Source: an uncultured Candidatus Rokubacteria bacterium
GTDB taxonomy: Bacteria > Methylomirabilota > Methylomirabilia > Rokubacteriales > CSP1-6
Assembly (NCBI GenBank): GCA_963758635.1
Contig: CAVWWD010000005.1
Coordinates: forward strand, 320,001 to 384,000
Length of the DNA stretch: 64,000 nt
Direction of reading: 5' to 3'
Shown here in pieces: positions 31,162 to 44,215 of this stretch. Position 1 is the first letter of the stretch. The number at the start of each line of letters is the position of its first letter. The notes under the pieces were generated by a model that was not told the DNA's origin, made no database searches, and worked only from the letters and a program-made list of their open reading frames with translations. Position numbers and translations under genes: made by a program.

Positions 31162-32420
31162 GGATCCCTCAGGGGACGGAGAGTCTCGATCATCTTAACA
31201 CAGCGTTCAGGCCCCGGCCTCCGGCTCGCCCGAGCGCAGGCCGGTGAGCGGCCCGTCCGCACGCGGCAGCGATGCGTCTCCCCCTTGCGCTCGATGGCCT
31301 CGAGCTTGTCCTGGAACCGATCCAGGGCGCGCTCGGCGTCGCCGAACTGCTTCGTCGCGTTGCCGAGGTGGGCCCCGAGCTTCTGCACGTGGTCGCGCAC
31401 GCGGGCGAGGTCGCCGCCGAGCCGGGCGAGGTCGGCCTGGATCTCGAGCGCGTTCGCCTCGATGCGCAGCCCGCGGAGCCCGAGGATGATCACCTGCAGG
31501 TACGCGTACAGGCTGTTCGGCGACACCGGCACCACGCGGCGCTCGAGGGCGGCGGCGGCGATCGACTCGTCCTCGCCGTCGGCCTTGATGATGATCTCGT
31601 AGTAGACGTTCTCCGCGGGCACGTACATCAGCGCGAAGTCGAACGTCCCCTCGTCGGGCAGGATGTACTTCCGCGCGATCTCGTCCACGCGCGTGCGCAC
31701 GTCGCGGGCAAAGGCGCGCCGCAGGAGGCGCCGCCGCTCTTCCTCTGGCTCGGCGAGCATGCGCCGGAAGTTCTCGAGCGGGAACTTCGCGTCGACGGGG
31801 ACGACGCGGCTGCCCACGAGGACGGCGGCGTCGACCTTGTCGCCGCTCCGGAACGCGTGCTGGAGCGCGTAGTGCTCGCGCGGAAGCATCTGGCCCAGCA
31901 GCTCGGCGAGGAGCGTCTCGCCGAGGCCGCCGCGCATCTTGGGCGCCTTCAGCACCTCCTCGAGGCCGCGGAGGTCACGGCCCACCTCGGCCACGCGCTG
32001 GGTCGCCTCGCCGAGGCGGCCGAGGCTCCCGTGCACCTCGGCCACGACCTGCGTGGCGCGATCGAGCCGCTCGCCGATGGCCGTCTGGCTGCCCGAGATG
32101 AGCCGCATCCCCTCCTGGAGCTGGCGCGCGACCTCCGCGCTCACGCTCTTGAGCTCGCCGGCCACACCGAGGCGCAGCTCGCTCGCGTCCTCCTTCAGGC
32201 GCAGGGAGAGCTCGCCGAGGTCCTGGACGAGCGAGGCCTGCGCCGCCCGCCCCTCCGTGCGGACGGCCTCGATCTCGCGCTGGAGGACGCCGACGAGCGC
32301 GGCGGCCGGCGCCTCGCGGCGGAGCGCCTCGACCTGCCGTCGCGTCGCGAGGAGCGCCCACACGACGGCGATCAGGGCCACGAGGAGGGCGCCGGCCAGC
32401 GCGGCGGCGAGGGGGTTCAC
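31158..32420 (-). CDS. rmuC: DNA recombination protein RmuC
   Basis: N-terminal TM, coiled coil, RGGLGE, VDAKFP, DFALMYVPAE, VSPNSL. Confidence 0.88.
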   Translation of the reverse strand: MNPLAAALAGALLVALIAVVWALLATRRQVEALRREAPAAALVGVLQREIEAVRTEGRAAQASLVQDLGELSLRLKEDASELRLGVAGELKSVSAEVARQLQEGMRLISGSQTAIGERLDRATQVVAEVHGSLGRLGEATQRVAEVGRDLRGLEEVLKAPKMRGGLGETLLAELLGQMLPREHYALQHAFRSGDKVDAAVLVGSRVVPVDAKFPLENFRRMLAEPEEERRRLLRRAFARDVRTRVDEIARKYILPDEGTFDFALMYVPAENVYYEIIIKADGEDESIAAAALERRVVPVSPNSLYAYLQVIILGLRGLRIEANALEIQADLARLGGDLARVRDHVQKLGAHLGNATKQFGDAERALDRFQDKLEAIERKGETHRCRVRTGRSPACARASRRPGPERCVKMIETLRPLRDP

Positions 32421-33291
32421 GCGCGGCGCCCTCGCCAGTGGCGGCAGACCACCCGGAGGCCGCACGGCGCGCACACGACGGCGTCGCGGCGGCCCAGGCA
32501 GTCGCCGGACATGCGCTTGTGGCAGAGCGCGAAGTCGTACTTCACGGGATCGTCGGGGTCGAGCGCGCGCAGGCGCGCCGTGATCTCCTCGGCCATCTTC
32601 CAGTTCCGGCTCCGCCGCCGCGTGAGCCCCACGGCGCGCGCCATGTGCTCGATGTGCGTGTCCACCGGTATCAGCAGCGCGGCGGTCGGGATGTCGCGCC
32701 ACAGCCCGAAGTCCGGCGGCTCGCGGCGGACCATCCAGCGCAGGAAGAGGTGCAGCCGCTTGCACGGCCCGCCCGTGGACGGCCGCGGGAAGAGGTGCCG
32801 GTAGCCGTAGGACAGCCGGTTGCCCGGGAACACGGCGGAGAGGTCACGGTCGAGGAAGCCGCCGACGAAGCGCTCGAGGGCCGGCCCCACCGTGCCGTCG
32901 CCAGGCGAGAACCCGGCCGCGAAGAACGCGCCGAGCGAGCCGTGGCGCGCGAGGAGGTCGCGCGTGGCGAGGCAGAACGCCACGATGTCGCGCGGGCGGT
33001 TGAAGCGGTAGCGGAAGCCGTCGAACCTGGCCCCGTGCCGCCGGGCGCGAAGCCACGGACGAACGCGGCGGGCGAGGCGCCGAGGCGCGCGAGCAGCCAT
33101 TCGAGCTGCGCGCCGAAGAGATCGACGCGGCCGTAGGCAAGGCACGACGAGAGGAGCGCCACGACCTCGCGATCGGCTGGCTCCGGGTAGCGCATCGGGT
33201 AGCGGATCGCGTCCTCGGCGGCGCGGGCGGCCCAGTCGAAGCCTCGATACAGCGCTTCGAGCGGCGCCTTGAGGCGGGGCGATGGAGTCAC
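32417..33291 (-). CDS. TIGR02757/DUF2400 family protein (frameshift near 33030)
   Basis: DREVVALLSSCLAYG, CKRLHLFLRWMVR, PVDTH, DPVKYDFAL. Confidence 0.85.
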
Positions 33292-33324
33292 GCAGCACTT
33301 GCTCCGGGAGGATTCTAGCACGCG

Positions 33325-33440
33325 CGCTCCGCTCGCCTGCGGCTCGGCGCTTTGCGGTAGTCTCCACTGCATGTCAACGGTGTGCGGTTGTTTCCAGAGC
33401 ATTTCCATATACGCTCACCTCGCCTGCGGCTCGGCTCGCA
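33325..33440 (+). repeat. Family-2 repeat, composite copy
   Basis: GCGGTTGTTTCCAGAGCATTTCCATATACGCTCACCTCGCCTGCGGCTCGGCTCGC at 33384-33439, preceded by degenerate modules from 33325. Confidence 0.8.
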
Positions 33441-33531
33441 AAGCAGTACCCGCAAGGGCCCCCGTCGGGTAGTCTCGGGGCGTTGGCCGCGGCAGCGGAG
33501 CGTTCGCGCCCGGCCGCAGGAGGCGGAAGGC

Positions 33532-34312
33532 ATGGTGAAGATCGGCATCGTGGGCATGGGCGTGATCGGCCAGGCCATCGCGCGCGCGGCGACAACGGGC
33601 ATCCCCGGCATCGCGCTGGCCGGCGTCACCGTGCGCGATCCCGCCCGCGCCGCGGGCCATCCCGCGCTGCCCCTCGACCAGCTCGTCGAGCGCTCGGACC
33701 TGGTCGTCGAGGCGGCCACGCAGGCCGCGCTCCGGGAGTTCGGCCCCACCGTCCTCGCCGCGGGCCGGGACCTGATGGTCCTCTCGGTGGGCGGGCTGGT
33801 CGGCGTGCTCGACGAGTGGGCCCGGCTCGCCGAGAAGCACGGGTGTCGCATCCTGGTCCCGTCCGGGGCCATCGCGGGGCTGGACGGCGTCAAGGGGGCC
33901 CGTGAGGGCGCCATCACCGCCGTCACCATGGAGACGCGAAAGCCACCGCGCGGCCTCGCCGGCGCCCCGTGGATCGTCGAGCAGAAGATCGACCTCGACG
34001 CGATCCACGAGGAGACGCTGATCTTCGAGGGCACGGCCACCGACGCGGTGCGCGCCTTTCCCGCCAACGTCAACGTGGTGGCCGCGCTGTCCCTGGCCGG
34101 GATCGGCCCCGAGCGCACCCGCATCAAGGTGCACGCGGTGCCCGGCCTCACGCGGAACCAGCACCGGATCGCGATCGAGGGCGAGTTCGGCCGGCTGCGC
34201 ATCGAGGTCGAGAACGTCCCGTCCGAGAACCCGCGCACGGGGAAGCTCTCGTACCTCTCGGCCATCGCGATGCTGCGTGAGCTGGGCGCGGCGACGCGCG
34301 TCGGGAACCTGA
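33532..34312 (+). CDS. nadX: L-aspartate dehydrogenase (probable +1 error just before the stop)
   Basis: [34 protein letters not shown]; natural end ...RVGT-TGA at 34310. Confidence 0.85.
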
Positions 34313-34431
34313 GCCGCGCCCGCTCCCGAGCGTCAGACCACGACGACCTGACCGTCCTGCGCGCGCTCGAGCGTCACCTCCGTCGCGCCGCGCGCCGAGC
34401 ACGTCCCGGCGCCGACGTGTTCGTGTGCGGA

Positions 34432-35488
<1,057 letters not shown>

Positions 35489-36251
35489 TCAGCCGCGAGG
35501 ATCCTCGCGAGCTCTCCGAGGTCCCGGATGTCGAACTCCGGCGGGCGCGCGCCCGCGGGCACGAGCTCGCCGGCCCGGTTGATCCAGGCCGCCTGCATGC
35601 CCACCGCCTGCGCGCCCGCCACGTCGAGATCCATGCGGTCGCCGACGAAGAGCGCCTCCGCCGGCCGGACGCCCAGCGCTGGCCGAGCGCGCGCTCGAAG
35701 ATGATCGGGCGCAGGCTTGCGCCAGCCGACCTCGTCCGAGACCACGATGGCATCGAAGAGGTCGGCGACGCCCTCCCGCTCCAGCACGTGGCGCGCGGTG
35801 GGCGTGTAGTCGAAGTTCGACACCACGGCGAGCCGGTGGCGGCGCCGGAGGCCGTCGAGGAGGCGCGGTGGTGGTCGGGGAACACCATGGCGCCGGACAG
35901 CTCGCGCATGTGGGTGGCGAGCAGCGTCGGGATCGCCTCGGGCGGCAGCGCCGCCGGGATCGAGCGCCGAGGCGGCGGAACAGCGTCTGCCGAACCGCTC
36001 CGGCGCGGCCACCTCGCGGTGCGTCTCGTTCCGGATGCGCTCGGCATCCTGCCAGCTCCGCGCGCAGCGCCGCCACGAAGTCGGCCAGCGGCACGTGCGG
36101 GGCGAAGCGGCCGGAGCGCCTCGTGCAGGTGCCCGGCGGTGGAGCGCACGGTGCCGGCCGTTCACGGTGATCTCGGGCAGCCGCTCCCGCTCGAAGAGCA
36201 CCAGCGTGTCGAACAGGTCGAACAGGCATCGCAGCCCGGCACGGCGGTCAT
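35489..36251 (-). CDS. HAD-family hydrolase (frameshifted)
   Basis: [30 protein letters not shown] across frames. Confidence 0.75.
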
Positions 36252-36686
36252 GGCAGCGGCTTCCGGTTCGCGTAGCCCTCGTCGAAGCCGTGCCAGAAGC
36301 GCACCGCGTCCTCGCCGTGCTTCCAGCAGAGGTTCACGGGCGTGTCGCCATGCCTCGGCACGCGGCCCGGGAAGTCCACCAGGCCCATCTCGAGGTCCTT
36401 GACCGACCCCGCCCAGCTCGGCGATGGCCTCGACGGCTGCGCGCACCTCGATGCCGAGGCCGTCGAGGCGCTCGGCTCGCGCCTTCCAGTCCGCCGGTCG
36501 ATCAGCGCGCCGCCGGCGGCCTGCGACCCGCTCCGCGCTCGCGCCCGGAGGTCGCGCGCGAGCGCCGCGGCCTGGCGATGGCGGTCGATCATGGTCTCGC
36601 ATCAGAGTCGGCGAGCCGCGGCAGGAGCGCGTCCACCTCGTGGTCCCTCTGCCCCGGGTCCGGTGATAGCGGCCGCGGCAGCTCAC
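36248..36686 (-). CDS. DUF2203 family protein (frameshifted)
   Basis: EVDALLPRL, VKDLEMGLVDFP, LCWKHGE, FWHGFDEGYANRKPL. Confidence 0.75.
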
Positions 36687-37422
36687 GAGCCTCCACGAAC
36701 ACCGCGTGCACGTGCTTGGGCCCGTGGACGCCGCGGGTCAGGGTGAGCTCGATGTCGGCCGTGCGCGACGGCCCGGTGATGAAGTTGATCATCGCCCCCG
36801 ACATCGAGCGCGTCGGGATCGACGTGGAGCGCCTCCAGGAGCACGCCGACCTGCTCGAGCGACTCGACGAGCGCGTCCCGGCCCGAACACCGCGACGTGG
36901 GTCTCGGGCAGGAGCGAGGTCGAGCGCGGCCGGCCGGCGCCGGACACGCAGGACGAGCGTGCCCGTCTCGGCGAGCGCCAGGTCCACGCCGGTCACGCCG
37001 AGGTGCGCCCGCGCCGCCTCGCTCGCGATGGCGCTGGCGCGGCCGCGCTCCTCCGCGGCCGCGGCGCGCGGGCACCGCGAGGCCCTCGCGCCGGTGAGCG
37101 CCGGCCCGAGGTCGAAGCCGAGCGCCGCGGCATCCCACGTCACGATGTCGCGCGCGCCGCGCTCGCGCGGCGATGGCGCGGATCACGCGCGGGCACCTCG
37201 GCGGGCGTCGGCGCGCGGTGGAACACGCCGGCCGACGCGCTCGAACTCCTGCTGGAAGCGCGCGAGCGCCTCGGGCCAGCGCTCGGCCATCTGCGCGGCG
37301 CACCGCCTCCGCGGCCTCCGCCGGATGCCGGGCGCGCGGCGGTCGGCCGCGGCGGAAGAGGCGCGGGCGTCTTCCGCATCTCGGCGCGGACCCGCCCGAG
37401 GAACTCGGCCGCGCGTGGTCAC
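36683..37422 (-). CDS. lutC: LUD-domain lactate utilization protein C (frameshifted)
   Basis: LALAETGTLV, FITGPSRTADIELTLTRGVHGP. Confidence 0.8.
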
Positions 37423-38850
37423 GGCCGCGCCGATGCTCCAGCTCGTCCCACCGCTCCGTGAAGGTCCGCGGCGCCACCGGCGGCAGGTCGCGCGTCGCCG
37501 TCCACCGTCCGAAGAAGAGCGGCAGGCGCCGCAGCCGGCCGCTCGCGGAGCGAACGGACCGCTGGAGCAGGCGTCCGACGCGCGCGCCGAGCCGGAACAG
37601 CGCGGGCGAGGCCATGAGCCGCCGGCGGGCCTGCGGAACAGCGCGCGCTCGCCCGCCGGCGCGACCGCTCGTGCTCGACGCTGCTCGCGCAGCTCGACCA
37701 GCATGCGCGGGATGTCGATGCGCACCGGGCACACGTCCTTGCACGCGCCGCACAGCGACGAGGCGTGCGCCAGGTCCTTCACCGACTCCGTGCCCTTGAG
37801 CATCGCGGTGAGGAGGATGCCGATGGGCCCCGGGTACGTGTGGCCGTAGGCGTGGCCGCCGATCTGGCGGTACACCGGGCAGACGTTCAGGCAGGCGCCG
37901 CAGCGGAGGCAGTAGAGCGCCTCGCGGAGCGTGCCCGCGATCTGGCGCGATGCGCCCGTTGTCGAGCAGGATCAGGTGGAACTCCTCGGGCCCCTCCAGC
38001 TCGCCCGGCCGCCGCGGCCCCCGCACGAGCGTGGTGTACGAGGAGAGCTTCTGCCCGGTGGCGCTCCGCGCCAGGAGGGCGAGGAAGACCACGAGGTCGG
38101 TCATGGACGGGATGACCTTCTCCATCCCCATCACCGCCACGTGGATCCGCGGCAGCGAGGTGACCATGCGGCCGTTGCCCTCGTTGGTCACGAGCACGAC
38201 GGTGCCCGTCTCGGCCACCGCGAAGTTGGCCCCGGTGATCCCCATGTCGGCCTCGAGGAACTTCTGCCGCAGCTCCTTGCGCGCCACCGCGGTCAGCACC
38301 TCGGGATCGGCCGGGAACTGCGCCGTGGAGCGCCTGCGAGAACAGCTCCGCCACCTGGCCCTTCGTCTTGTGGATGGCGGGGGCGATGATGTGCGACGGC
38401 TTCTCGCGGGCGAGCTGGATGATGTACTCGCCGAGGTCGGTCTCGATCGGCGTGACGCCCGGCTGCTCCAGCGCCTCGTTGAGGTCGATCTCCTCGGTGG
38501 CCATCGACTTCGACTTCACCGCCGTCCGCACGCCGCGGTCGCGGCAGAGCCGGAGCACGATCTCCCGCGCCTCCTCGGCCGTCGCCGCCCAGTGCACGTG
38601 CCCGCCGAGGCGCTCGACGTTGTCGGCAAGCCGCTCGAGGTGCTCGTCCAGGCGCTGGAGCGTGGCCTCCTTGATCCGGCGCGGCCTGGTCGCGGAGGGC
38701 CTCGCCTGCCGGGAAGCCCGCGAAGGCCTCGCGGCGCAGGTCGATGAACTTCGTGGTGGCGATCGTGAGCGCCTCCTGCAGGAAGCGCGTCCGGAGCGCC
38801 GAGCGCGCGCGCGTGCGGGAAACGGCGTGCTGAGCGTGTCGCTCGCTCAT
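37419..38850 (-). CDS. lutB: Lactate utilization Fe-S protein B (frameshifted)
   Basis: KSKSMATEE, ETDLGEYI, ITGANF, TNEGN, GGHAYG..YPGPIG, SSLCGACKDVCPV. Confidence 0.88.
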
Positions 38851-39599
38851 CGAGCCCGCGCCGTCCTCGCCGGCGAGCACCTGGGCCAGGTGCAGCGCGC
38901 GCACGCGCGAGCCGCGTGCGCGACAGGCCGCCCCCCATCTGCATCAGGCAGCCCGCGTCGCAGGCGACCAGGCAGTCGGCCCCTGTGGCTCTCGACGCTC
39001 GGCGAGCTTCTTGTCCAGGATGGCCGTCGACACCTCGGGCAGCCGCACCGAGAAGGATCCGCCGAAGCCGCAGCACTCGTCCGCCCCGGGCAGCTCGACC
39101 AGCTCCACGCCGGGCACGCCGCGCGAGGAGCGCGCGCGGCGACCGCGACTCGCCGAGCCCGCGCAGGAGGTGGCAGGAGTCGTGGTAGGTCACGCGGCCA
39201 CGGAACGGCGACGGCACGCTCGTGACGCCGAGCACCTCGACGAGGAACTGCGAGAGCTCCCGCGTGCGCCCGGCCAGCGACTCCGCGGCGGCGCGCCGCT
39301 TCGGGTCGCCGGCGAGGAGGCCCGGGTACTCGGTCTTCACCATCCACGCGCAGGAGCCGGACGGGACCACCACGTGCTCGGAGGCCGTCGAAGAGCTCGA
39401 CGGTGCGCGCCGCCACCTCCGCCGCCTCGCGGTGATAGCCGGAGTTGAAGAGCGGCATCCCGCAGCACGTCTGCCCGGCGGGAAAGTCCACCGTGACGCC
39501 GAGCCGACGGAGCAGCCGCACCATCGCCTCGCCGACCTCGGGGAAGAACAGATCGCCGAGGCAGGTGATCATGATCGAGGCGCGCGCCGGCGGGGTCAT
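38847..39599 (-). CDS. lutA: Lactate utilization CCG-domain protein A (frameshifted)
   Basis: ITCLGD, QTCCGMP, SGSC, YHDSCH, CDAGCLMQ. Confidence 0.85.
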   Translation of the reverse strand: MTPPARASIMITCLGDLFFPEVGEAMVRLLRRLGVTVDFPAGQTCCGMPLFNSGYHREAAEVAARTVELFDGLRARGGPVRLLRVDGEDRVPGPPRRRPEAARRRGVAGRAHAGALAVPRRGARRHERAVAVPWPRDLPRLLPPPARARRVAVAARAPRAACPAWSWSSCPGRTSAAASADPSRCGCPRCRRPSWTRSSPSVESHRGRLPGRLRRGLPDADGGRPVAHAARACARCTWPRCSPARTARAR

Positions 39600-39613
39600 C
39601 AGCGCGGCCGGCG

Positions 39614-39952
39614 TCACCCGCGCTCCATGTGCGGCGGCGGCGGCGCCACCACGACCAGCACCAGCAGCGGGTCGGTACCATCGTTCACGAGGCCGTGCTC
39701 GACCCCGGCGGCGGCGACGAGCGCTTCGCCCGCCCCGAGCCGGTGCTCCTCGCCGCCGAGCGTGAACCGGCCGGCGCCCCTCGAGCACGTAGTAGATCTT
39801 GTCCTGGTCGTCGTGGGTGTGGACGCGCTGCGACTGGCCCGGCGCCCACGCAGTAGAGGTCGAGCTGGCTCCGCTCGGTGGTGGCCAGCGCGATCCTCGC
39901 CATCTGGTCGGCGGCGAGCTTCGACGTGGTCCTTCACGCGGATCTTCGTCAT
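39614..39952 (-). CDS. Cupin domain protein (frameshifted)
   Basis: [31 protein letters not shown] across frames. Confidence 0.7.
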   Translation of the reverse strand: MTKIRVKDHVEARRRPDGEDRAGHHRAEPARPLLRGRRASRSASTPTTTRTRSTTCSRGAGRFTLGGEEHRLGAGEALVAAAGVEHGLVNDGTDPLLVLVVVAPPPPHMERG

Positions 39953-39995
39953 GCGCGACATCATAAGCCTCGGGCTGCCGCGCCGCGCGGCGTGC

Positions 39996-41291
39996 TCATT
40001 CGGCGAGGGCGCGGCCGAGCAGCTCGACCGGGTGCACGACCTCCACGGCCAGACCCTCCTCGCGGCACTGCCGCGCGATCTGCATGAGGCAGCCCGGATT
40101 GCCGGCCGCCAGCACGCGCGCTCCGGTCTCGCGGATGCGCTGGACCTTGCGGCGGCGCGAGCTCGCCGGCCATCTCCGGCTCGAGCAGGTTGTAGATCCC
40201 CGCGCTGCCGCAGCAGAGATCGCTCTCGGCCAGATCCACGAGCGTGAGGCCGGGGATGCGCCGCAGCAGCGCGCGCGGCTCGGCGCGGACGCGCTGCCCG
40301 TGGGCGAGGTGACAGGCGTCGTGATAGGCCACCGTCGCCGGGCAGCTCGCGCAGCGGCAGCTCGGCCTCGGCGAGCACTTCCGTGACGTCGCGCACCGCG
40401 CGGCAGCCGGCCCACCGCGCCGTCGTCGCCGAGCCAGTGACGCGCATTCCTTGAGCGCCGAGCCCGCAGCCCGCGGCGTTGGTCACGATCACGTCCACGT
40501 CACGGCCAAGCGTCGCCATCAGGTCGCGCGCCATGGCGCGGAACTCGTCGAGCCGTCCCGCGTGCAGGTGCAGCGCGCCGCAGCAGCCCTGCTGCGGCCG
40601 GCGCCACCACGTCCCAGCCCGCCGCGGCGAGCAGGCGCGCGGTCTGCGCGTTGACGTGCGGGTAGACGAAGCGCTGGACGCAGCCGAGGAGGAGCGCGGC
40701 CCGCCCGCGCCGCGTCGCCGCGCGCGGGGGTGAAGCGCGGGCAGCGGCGCCGCCGCCGGGAGCGCGGGCAGGAGCGCCTCCATGCGCCTGGAGCTCCGGA
40801 CGCGAGGCGGAGCATGCCGAGCCCGCGCACCGGCCGCCTGCAGGCCCGATCGCTGGTAGAGACGCAGCGCGCCCATCAAGCGCGCCGAGGCGCCGCGGGT
40901 CCGGGAACGTGCGGAGGGCGAGATCGAGCGTGCGCTGCCGTCGCTCGGGCGGTCGGACGCCCTGCGCGCTCGAGCTGGCCACGCGTCGCCTCGAGGATGT
41001 GGCCGAAGGGCACGCCGGAGGGACACGCCGTCTCGCAGGCGCGGCAGCCCAGGCAGAGGTCGAGGTGACGCGCGAGGCTCGGCGTCAGCTCGGCCCGACC
41101 CTCGGCCGCCGCGCGCATCAGGTAGACACGGCCCGCGCGGCGAGTCCATCTCCTCGCCGAGCAGCCGGTAGGTCGGGCACTGGGGCAGGCAGATCCCGCA
41201 GTGCACGCAGGCGCGCAGCCCGTCGATCGTGGGCGGATCCTGCGCGTCGAAGGCGCCGAGCTGCGCCGGCGCGGCGGCTGGGCTCTCTCAC
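39996..41291 (-). CDS. glcF: Glycolate oxidase Fe-S subunit (frameshifted)
   Basis: [51 protein letters not shown]. Confidence 0.85.
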
Positions 41292-42615
41292 AGGCCGCCC
41301 ACGAAGCGGCCGGGGTTGAGGATCCCCTCCGGATCGAACTCGCGCTTGAGGCGCGCCATGATGCGCGAGCGCGTCCGGGCTCGACGGGGCCCCAGACGTC
41401 GAGGCCGCGCTTCAGCGCGGCGCGGCGCGCGCTCGACGACGAGGCTGCCGCCCTCGGCGGCGAGCCCGTCGCGGACCGGCCGGAGGAGGCCACCGTCGAG
41501 GCGCGTCCGCCGTCGGGCTCCGCGCGAGGCCGACGATCCCATGCCGGTCCCGGCATCCGCCGCCATCGGCCGCGAGGCCGAGCGCCGAGGCGCGGCGCCG
41601 CGACGCTCGGCGAGCCAGGACGCGAGACGCGGCAGCGTGGCCGCGAGCTTGAGCCGGATGGGCGCGGCCAGCGTCGCGCCAAGGCCGGACCAGAGACGCG
41701 GCGGCGCGCCGCCGCCGACGCCACCGTGCTCCGCGGCCAGCCGCGCGAGCGCCGCGCCCTGGCTCGCCACCGCCTCGGGCACGCTCTCGATGGACACCGC
41801 GACGGCCAGCGGCGCGCGGCCGCTGAGTCGCGGCGAGCGCGCGCGGCGTCGAGCAGCGCCACGCGAGCGGGCTCGATCGCGGTATCGAGCAGCGCGGCCA
41901 GGAAGCCGCCGGCCGCCTCCGCGGACGCGAAGCGGATCAGCCACGAGCGCCTCGGCGGGCGGGACGCGGATGCAGACGGAGCGTCGCCTCCGACGAGGAC
42001 GCCGAGGGTGCCCAGCGAGCCCACGAGGAGCTTCGGCACGTCGTAGCCCGTCACCGACTTCACCACCCGGGAGCCGCCCCACGTGATCGTGCCGTCCGCC
42101 TGCACGAAGCGCACGCCGAGCAGCGAGGTCGCGCGCGGTGCCGTAGCGGAAGCGGAGCGGCCCGCTGGCCCCGGTGGCGAGCACGCCGCCGACGCTGCGC
42201 CCCGCCCCCCGGCGGATCGACGGGCCAGCGCTGGCGGTGCTGGCCGAGCCGCGCCGCGAGCGCGCCAGCGCGACGCGCCCGCCTCGACGCTGGCCACCAT
42301 GTCCTCGGGCACGTAGCTCGTGATCGCGGCGAGAGCACGGCAGATCGAGCGACGAGGTCGAGCCGGCGCGGGGCGGCGCCGAGCGCCACGCTCGAGCCGC
42401 TCGCCGCGCGGCGCCACCGCAAGGCGCTCCGCCGAGGCCAGGCGAGGAGCCGGCTCACCTCTCGGCGTCGCCCGGCCGGGCCACCAGCGCGGCGTGACGC
42501 CGTCCACCGCGTGCGCGGCGAGGACGCCGGCGTCGTCGGAGACGTGCGCCGCGCCCGACGATCTCGACAGCGCGTCGCGCAGCGCCGCCACGGAGACGCC
42601 ACAGTGGCTCAGCAT
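41288..42615 (-). CDS. glcE: Glycolate oxidase FAD subunit (frameshifted)
   Basis: GSRVVKSVTGYDVPKLLVGSLGTLG; LKREFDPEGILNPGRF. Confidence 0.8.
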
Positions 42616-44101
42616 CCCAGGTGCCGTCGGCGCAGCGGGCGCTCGGCAGCGCCGGGCCGCGCCGGCCGGAAGCCCTCGCCGCAGGCGGGATGCGACGGCA
42701 GGAGCTTGTCGGGGTTCATGATCGACGTCGGGGTCGAACACGCGGCGCAGCCGCGCCATGAAGTTGAGGTCGGCGTCGGCGAACTGCAGCGGCAGGTTCT
42801 TGGCCTTGTCGAGGCCCACGCCGTGCTCGCCCGTCACGCTGCCGCCCAGCGCGAGGCACGCCTGCAGCAGCTCCTCGTTGGCCTGCTTGGCGCGCGCCAG
42901 CTCGTCGGGCACCCGGTCGTCGTAGCAGATGATCGGGTGGAGGTTGCCGTCGCCGGCGTGGAAGACGTTGGCGAACACCAGCCGGTGGCGCGCGGCGATG
43001 GCCAGCATCTCGCGCATGATCTGGGGCAGCTTGCGACCGCGGCACCACCGCGTCCTGGAGCAGCCAGGCCGGGCGTGAGGCGGCCCACCACGCCCGCCGC
43101 CTCCTTGCGGCCCTTCCAGAGGAGCGCGCGCTCGGCGTCGTTCTTCGCCACGCGGATCTCGAGGGCCAGGCGCTCGCGGCAGATGGCCTCGACGCGGCGC
43201 GACTGGGCCTCGATCTCCTCGCGCGGGCCGTCGAGCTCGATCAGGAGCACGGCGGCCGCGCCCTTCGGGTAGCCCGCCCCCACGCCCTCCTCGATGGCCC
43301 GGATCATGACCTCGTCGAGCATCTCGAGGGCGGCGGGGATGATGCCGTCGGCGATGATCGCGGAGACCGCCTCGGACGCGTCCTCGATGCTCGAGAAGGA
43401 CGCGAGGACGGTCTTCACGCCCTCGGGCACGTGCATGAGGCGCACGGTCACCGCGGTGACGAGCCCGAGCGTGCCCTCGCCGCCCACCACCACGCCGGTG
43501 AGGTCGTAGCCCGGCCGCTCGCGGGTCTTGCCGCCCAGCCAGACCAGCTCGCCCGCGCCCGTGACGACCTGCAGGCCGAGCACGTGGTTCACGGTGATGC
43601 CGTACTTGAGGCAGTGCGGGCCGCCGGCGTTGGTGGAGGCGTTGCCGCCGATCGAGGACACCATCTGGCTCGACGGGTCGGGCGCGAAGTAGTAGCCGCG
43701 GGGCCGGGTCGCCTCGGAGAGCGCAGAGGTTGATGAGGCCGGGCTCGACGGTGGCGGAGCGGTTCGGCAGGTCGATCTCGAGGATGCGGTTCATGCGCGT
43801 GGTCGCCACCATCACGCCGCCGCGCGGGGCCATCGCGCCCGCCGATCAGCCCCGTCCCCGAGCCGCGCGGCACGACCGGCACGCCCTCGCGACGGCAGAG
43901 CCGGACGACGTCGGCCACCTGCGCCGCGCTCTCCGGCAGCACCACCACGTCGGGGGCGCCCTTGAAGAACGTGTGCATGTCGCACTCGTAGGTGAGCCGC
44001 CCCTCCACGGAGGCGACCACGCCGCGCGCCCCGACGATCGCCTTGAGCTCGCGGAGGAGCGACGGCGTGGCGGCGCGGTCGGCCGGCCTGGCTGTGTCCA
44101 C
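42609..44101 (-). CDS. glcD: Glycolate oxidase FAD-linked subunit (frameshifted)
   Basis: PRGSGTGL, DPSSQ..SIGGN, GPHCLKYG, HAGDGNLHP, GEHGVG. Confidence 0.88.
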
Positions 44102-44150
44102 TACCCTCCTCGTGGCCCCGCCTCGGGGGCGTGAGCGGTCGCTCGAAATG

Positions 44151-44184
44151 CGACCGCCGGTCCCGTCACCGGGACCGGCAGTCG
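44151..44184. terminator. GC-rich hairpin between korB and glcD
   Basis: CGACCGCCGGTCCC-GTCACC-GGGACCGGCAGTCG; no strong U-tract. Confidence 0.4.
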
Positions 44185-44215
44185 GTGCTTCACGCGGGCG
44201 CGGCAGCGGCCGCGC

